Shown here: positions 29,701 through 34,043 of the stretch, piece by piece
Layout of the letters: every line of letters starts with the position of its first letter
Position numbering within the stretch: position 1 is the stretch's first letter
Source of the DNA: Trichomonas gallinae
Lineage: Eukaryota
Assembly (NCBI GenBank): GCA_008369845.1
Contig: MRSU01005972.1
Span: 1 to 34,043, forward strand
DNA length: 34,043 nucleotides
Reading direction: 5' to 3'
Translations under genes and position numbers: made by a program
Notes under the pieces: model-generated
Databases searched by the model: none
The model's input: the letters and a program-made list of their open reading frames with translations, nothing else
What the model was told of the DNA's origin: nothing

Positions 29701-30381
29701 GATGATTACAACGATGATGAGCAGTCTAAACTCATTTCATCTGTGAAACATTTGCTGAAGTACTTCATAGCGAAAAGCGAAGTAAACAGTAAGTGTTTCA
29801 AGCACATTTTGCTGGAACTTGATGGATCCGAGCAGATCCATTTCATACCATTTTTTGCTTGCTTTGATAATTTCGTTGATTCAATGAAGAAAGTCAATGA
29901 ATTCGCTTCAAATTCACTAACTTTCTATCATAAGCTGATCCAAAAAGTTTCAGATGAAGAAGCCTTGAAATCTATGATAGAATTCACCGAGGCAGCTGAC
30001 GAAATAGATGACTATGTCGATGATAACTCTATTTTCGGAGTTGCTTTGCTGCTGAAAGATTATTACACTGAAGCATTTATTCAGTACACAATGCAATTTT
30101 TCAGCCAAACAGTTTTCGATTATCCTAATGAAGAAGAATTTTATTCATTTTGTTTCTCAAAAATGACTCAAGAGCAAATCGATCAATTGATTGCAAAGTG
30201 CATGACATCTAAGAAGCCTAAGGATCACGGATTTAAGAAATATTTCCAAAGAATTGCATTCATATGTCAATGCATTCCAACAATCAAACAGAAAATTAGA
30301 AATGAAATTAAATTTACAAAAGAAGAATGCGCGAATCTCCCTAAGAAGCTGAAATCCCAACTAGGATATATATTTGATTAG
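26740..30381 (+). CDS. Ubiquitin carboxyl-terminal hydrolase (USP, peptidase C19) with long helical C-terminal extension
   Basis: Cys box GLVNLGSLCYMNSIIQ, QQQDAFEF, His box GVVIHNG...GGHY...WIKFSD and AYLLVY. Start moved from the ORF track GTG at 26701 to the first ATG at 26740. Confidence 0.93.
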   Translation: MKKLIQDLEETKALFSEKTREGAFILNELGEIETESDEETCTYSFLLQAIRILPYSGINSRVILHKILQYKLNDIILDTLTSTIHKIPDIECQRAALIYCCKALPRTQLKNLLKSFFQTKIKNYDFEPLPCIDHHPGLVNLGSLCYMNSIIQIFYSLPSFVRHYFNSPNLSPTYEAFTKVLYTMNCTVYPAVNPVEFVSRFTWRGGQQLNLHQQQDAFEFFQFFLQNSNAYEAATQFCGTLCSTISNESCNLNNKIFQNFYGLSIPIRSRKNLEEVISTFSLPERLTGDDRYLYNDTLIEADKVTYITESPPVLVFHLERFYYDIEKKCEMKINDTFSFPNEIDISPCTKDVELTKYKLHGVVIHNGTAVGGHYAAIVKYNEKWIKFSDTTMTKLSQKDFDTYTIGSKSSRTNAYLLVYTRNDYETFDPFINVPHDIMEFIENDNLYYQEMMFAMSEPFIAVSLKYIDTKEFYPYLFNVLSHCKTLRSMSKIIVEKVVMDHPNNIIQQIIKNIQVVVDVFSSGSIEVKLLFTSIISKSIYKVETKDAMKVFNSLFVEMKNILSSYRNVPYVFIIMTVYLSAMDSNQKVAEKEGWMLLLMKFLEIIYAKKQTDTYIKNVEIIDVLDCFRLLVDYIDEKAIGLLKELSPKIRKNKKNVSNYEKLMALIASKPSKPSTDEKSDQKEGNQNKSQKEESKQSENEIKTDVKKEEEKCEEKTKFENIKPDDKEEEEKHDENNEKEKDKFIDRKNENEAKKELVKIDFVSLLLTETNDNKMKETIENQGMDPTKYLNMLIDHSNDYEKIAMRANILFLQYLLAGYEEYHSLASKLCRSLPQHTLALSFIKKLSDEDVIKKYHEDFFNELSLAISHSEIDLDSPNKEISNFIGSIKSLEFNTMLQILKTLLVFRNEEIKKEIRQILTFTEENYRKSVELMLNISRDDFFEYIFQDFEISNTWQLKILREILGNLELSQKEIGVGQNWIVSIFNRYDDYNDDEQSKLISSVKHLLKYFIAKSEVNSKCFKHILLELDGSEQIHFIPFFACFDNFVDSMKKVNEFASNSLTFYHKLIQKVSDEEALKSMIEFTEAADEIDDYVDDNSIFGVALLLKDYYTEAFIQYTMQFFSQTVFDYPNEEEFYSFCFSKMTQEQIDQLIAKCMTSKKPKDHGFKKYFQRIAFICQCIPTIKQKIRNEIKFTKEECANLPKKLKSQLGYIFD

Positions 30382-31792
30382 TTAATATGATACTATAACA
30401 ATAAAATGTTTGTTTAATGTTTATCATGAAAATAAATATGGTTTTAATATATCATGTAAAATCCATTTTGTCATGAAATTCAAATTATTTAATGATTTTG
30501 TTCGGTGATGGATGTTACAAGGAGTTATACTTTCCTAGTGTCATATACCACTGCTATGAGTCTTTCCAATTGATTTGCACTGGAAATTATTTTTGAAAAA
30601 TCAAATTTTCGAGAATTACGTGCAAAATTCGTCTCAATCAACAGATAGTTGCTAAAACTTCATTAAACTCTCAATTTTTCGAGAATTTTTCAAATCTGAA
30701 ATTTATAATCATGAAGGAGAGACTTGTCATCATGACAAAGAGTAGAACTAACATAGCATAGGTTATATTTCATTAAAGAATAAAAATATAGGTTTTTTCT
30801 TGTATTGCGGAATTTATTCATCTCTGATGACTTGTTTTATTAATGGCTTTGATATATCTAATGTGCAATCGTTTATTAAACATCGAATTGATGAACGAAG
30901 ATGACAATAAAATTGGTTTCCAATTTGAAAATGTTTTATGTGAGCTTTAGAAGAAATTTTTCAACACTAACAAATTTACATCGAGGATAAATCGACAAAT
31001 ATGCCTGATGACCTTGTTGTTGCTAGTTATATTTTCAATCATTTGCAGAATTGCGATAATGAGCTATGAATTGTCTTAAAAATTGATATACTTACATATA
31101 TAAGAATGGTATAGTTATTGTGATCGCTTGGAACATTTCACAAATATCAAATTGCAATGTGATCAAGAATTCATAGTTACTGGCTGTTGATATCATTTTA
31201 ATAATATGCTGGAATCAGTTAAGCAAGATATCACGCATTCTGGATCATTTTCAGGAATATCGAATAATATTATTAGGGTTAATTAATAGTCTATAGCAAA
31301 GAATACTCATTTTTCATCTCGCTAATGCAGAAGCTATTAATTAAAAGTCTCATGATGCATTTCTCAAAAAAAAACTTGAACAATCACTTTTTGATTATAA
31401 TTAATTTATCAATAAATAATAAATATTTTTATAACGACAAGTGAAGTTAGAACGATAATTAAAAAATGACAAAAAAATATGATATAAACACCCGTATAAT
31501 TTATTAAATAATCTAATTAGTTGACAAAAAAATTCCCGCAATTCATTTGTAAGCTTATGAAATTTTTCCCGCGCAAATAGGACAAAAAGACGATTTGTTG
31601 ATAAAAATGAGCAGTTAACATGATCTAATCAAATGACTACAAAAGAAAAAAAAAATCGGCTTGTAAATTTTGTGAGCCGAGAAAAAAAAAACTGTTTGGT
31701 TTTTAGAAATCATTGGGAATCGGCTTTTTAAACCCAAACTGCCTGGTTTTACAAGGCAAATGGCCAAAAAAAAAATTTAGTGCGATAGGAAA

Positions 31793-31800
31793 AACGGTTA
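31793..31800 (+). promoter_or_regulatory. Candidate M3 (Myb-recognition-like) core promoter element AACGGTTA
   Basis: Fits the Trichomonas M3 consensus DRCSGYTD and ends 24 nt before the PABP ATG. Confidence 0.45.
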
Positions 31801-31824
31801 GAAGGTGGTCCAACATTTTAAACA

Positions 31825-33276
31825 ATGGATACATACGCCGGAGTTTTTATTGGTGATCTCCCAGCTAGCATTGAAGAAAACTTCCTCAGAGAACTCTTCA
31901 GAGAAATTGGTACCATTCAACAAGGCCGTATCACAATCAAAAAAAATAAGAATTTAGAAAAGAGCTTCGCCTTCGTTGAATTCGATAGCCGTGAACAAGC
32001 TCAGAAAGCCATTCGCGATGTTAACTACACAAAGCTTGATGGCTGCCCAATCCGTATCTGTTGGTCAGATGCTAACACAAAGAGAATCATCAAGTCTGGT
32101 GCTGGTTCCCTTTTCATCTCCGGTCTCGATGAAAGCATCGAAGTTTCTCAGCTTCACGATGCTTTCTCCAATTTCGGTGAAATCATCTCCTGCAAGATTC
32201 CAGCTACAAAGATGGAAGATGGCACATTCAAGTCTCGTGGCTATGGTTACATCCAGTTCTACAAGCCAGAAGATGCTGCTAGAGCTAAGAACGATCTTGC
32301 TGAAGCTTCCATCAATGGCAAGCCAATCAAGATTGAGGACTACAAGAAGCCAGAAAGAAAGAACCCAGAAGAGACATTTACAAACGTTTACATCAAGCCA
32401 CTCAAGGCCGATAAATTTAAGACCCAGCAGGATCTTATCCAATTGATGCAGCAATTTGGTGAGTTAGTTATTTTAGAAAACGGTAGCAGCCCAGCAATCA
32501 TGAAGGATGCAGAAGGCAAGTCTAAGGAATTCGGTTTCTGCAACTTCAAGACACATGAAGCTGCCGTTTCTGCTGTTAATGAACTCAACGGCAAACCATT
32601 TGGTGATGGTAAAGAAGACAAGTACGTTTGCTGCAGAGCCCAGACAAAGAAGGAGCGCCAAGCTTTCATCGCTAGACAGAACCAGGAATTCAGAAGACGT
32701 CTTAGCGAACAAACTCAAGGTCGTAACCTCTATGTCAAGAACTTTGATGCATCAGTTACAGATGAAGAATTCGAAGCTTATTTCAAGAAATTCGGTGAAA
32801 TCGAAAGCTGCACAATCCGCCGTGACCCACAAATCCCACACGAGTCCAAGGGCTTCGGTTTCGTCCTTTATAAGACAAAGGAAGACGCAGAGAACGCAAT
32901 TAACAATGCTTGCTTGGAACCACTCAAGGATAGAACACCATACGTTGGAATGTTCGAATCTAGGGAAGTCCGTGATCGCAAGAAAGCTGGACAGCAGGCT
33001 GCTAAGCAGAAGGCTGCAAAGAACCAGGGATATATGGCTTCTGCAAACATGCTTCCAAATGCAGCATTGCAAGTTCCAGTGTCAATGGGTGCAGGCACAT
33101 TGGCAGCTCCGGTTGTTCCACAGAGCTATAAGGAGAGACTGAAGACCCACCTTCTTGAGAACGCCATCACAGGCAGCAAGATGAAGGCAGCTCTTTCTAG
33201 CATCTCCGAAGAGCAGGCTAAAGTCTACTGCGATGATAACGAAAAGTTGAGAAAGTTTGTCGAGAAGTTCCAGTAA
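31825..33276 (+). CDS. PABP: Polyadenylate-binding protein (4 RRMs)
   Basis: Four RRMs with PABP signatures: IRICWS, KSGAGSLFI..LD, FTNVYIK, RAQTKKER, QGRNLYVKN and SKGFGFV. Codon usage is biased as in highly expressed genes. Confidence 0.92.
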   Translation: MDTYAGVFIGDLPASIEENFLRELFREIGTIQQGRITIKKNKNLEKSFAFVEFDSREQAQKAIRDVNYTKLDGCPIRICWSDANTKRIIKSGAGSLFISGLDESIEVSQLHDAFSNFGEIISCKIPATKMEDGTFKSRGYGYIQFYKPEDAARAKNDLAEASINGKPIKIEDYKKPERKNPEETFTNVYIKPLKADKFKTQQDLIQLMQQFGELVILENGSSPAIMKDAEGKSKEFGFCNFKTHEAAVSAVNELNGKPFGDGKEDKYVCCRAQTKKERQAFIARQNQEFRRRLSEQTQGRNLYVKNFDASVTDEEFEAYFKKFGEIESCTIRRDPQIPHESKGFGFVLYKTKEDAENAINNACLEPLKDRTPYVGMFESREVRDRKKAGQQAAKQKAAKNQGYMASANMLPNAALQVPVSMGAGTLAAPVVPQSYKERLKTHLLENAITGSKMKAALSSISEEQAKVYCDDNEKLRKFVEKFQ

Positions 33277-33738
33277 TTTCACCTATATTTTTTATTTATT
33301 GATAGTATTCTTTTCCAAAAAAAATAAAAAATAAATAAAAATGAATTTAATAAATTTTGATAAATACATATTCTTTTCTAATTCTAATCTTTCTTTCTAA
33401 AAATATCATTATTTGATTATTTTAAATCTTCTTTTAAAATATTATATAATCTGTTCTTTGAAATTCCATGACGTTGTTATTAAAACACTGATATCGAATT
33501 CGAGATATGATATAACATATATGAGATTATCTTTAGAATTGCTGGGAAGGATTTCAAACACTTGATTGACTATATATTTGGGAAGCAAGAAGAAATAGAA
33601 TTGATTTGATTAAATTCATGGAATTTCTAGGGTTTTCTCAGTGTTTTCTACTCCATATGATACGCTGATTTATGTCCCATGTAAAACAAAGGCCAAAAAA
33701 AATGCCTAGGTAATTGAGGGAAAAATAATCGTCCATGG

Positions 33739-33743
33739 CCTTT
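33739..33743 (+). promoter_or_regulatory. M5 (CCTTT) alternative initiator typical of trichomonad ribosomal protein genes
   Basis: CCTTT ends 4 nt before the RPS23 ATG. Confidence 0.65.
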
Positions 33744-33747
33744 TCGA

Positions 33748-34043
33748 ATGGGTAAATCCAAGGCCTGCGGTCGTCTCGCCGCTCGTAAGCTCCGCCTTGC
33801 TCACAAGGCTAACCTCTGGGCTTCCACAAGCTATCGCCGTGCTCACAACACATCTGTCTACAGGACACCACTCGAGGGTGCTGCTATGGCATCTGGTATC
33901 GTCGTCGGCAAGGTCGCCGTCGAAGCTAAGCAGCCAAACTCTGCTATCCGTAAGGCTGTCCGAGTTCAGCTCAAGAAGAACTCCAAGGTTGTCACAGCCT
34001 TCGTTCCACGCGATGGTTCCCTCCGTCTCATCGATGATAACGA
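33748..34043 (+). CDS. RPS23: 40S ribosomal protein S23 (uS12), partial, runs off the window end
   Basis: Manual translation gives [24 protein letters not shown]...[32 protein letters not shown]. Absent from the ORF track because it has no stop codon in the window. Confidence 0.97.
   Translation, partial: MGKSKACGRLAARKLRLAHKANLWASTSYRRAHNTSVYRTPLEGAAMASGIVVGKVAVEAKQPNSAIRKAVRVQLKKNSKVVTAFVPRDGSLRLIDDN

Noticed and set aside
30382..31824. Long intergenic region possibly holding a decayed gene or ncRNA
   Set aside because: No ORF of 60 aa or more and no recognisable tRNA or snRNA structure, so no call can be supported.
31976..33282. Multiple long alternative-frame and antisense ORFs within PABP
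   Set aside because: Expected by-product of biased codon usage in a highly expressed gene.

Overview
Eukaryotic, AT-rich, gene-dense and apparently intron-free window. It most likely comes from a parabasalid (Trichomonas-like) genome; this is inferred from TCA(C/T)(T/A) Inr elements just upstream of ATGs, a CCTTT (M5) element before a ribosomal protein gene, a Pmp-like protein, a divergent Rab, and dispersed ankyrin fragments. There are 15 complete protein genes plus the start of RPS23: a Nup53/35-like protein, an ankyrin protein, ERCC1, a coiled-coil protein, a UBX-like protein, a Pmp-like protein, a CHD-type remodeller with a degenerate ATPase, a MYCBP-like protein, an acidic hypothetical protein, PMS1 and MLH1 in tandem, a Rab, a Kelch protein, a USP deubiquitinase and PABP. 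The most notable observations are: (1) both MutLalpha subunit genes are neighbours and each is atypical (PMS1 ATPase motifs degenerate, MLH1 ending FERN rather than FERC); (2) a CHD pseudo-ATPase; (3) a recurrent intergenic motif TTTACAYGNCA, often in pairs near start codons, plus a 21-bp-phased TGTCAAAAATCA array; (4) an inverted pair of ankyrin fragments between MLH1 and PMS1; (5) an orphan duplicate of the PMS1 3' end. All family calls come from motif recognition by eye, and no searches were run.
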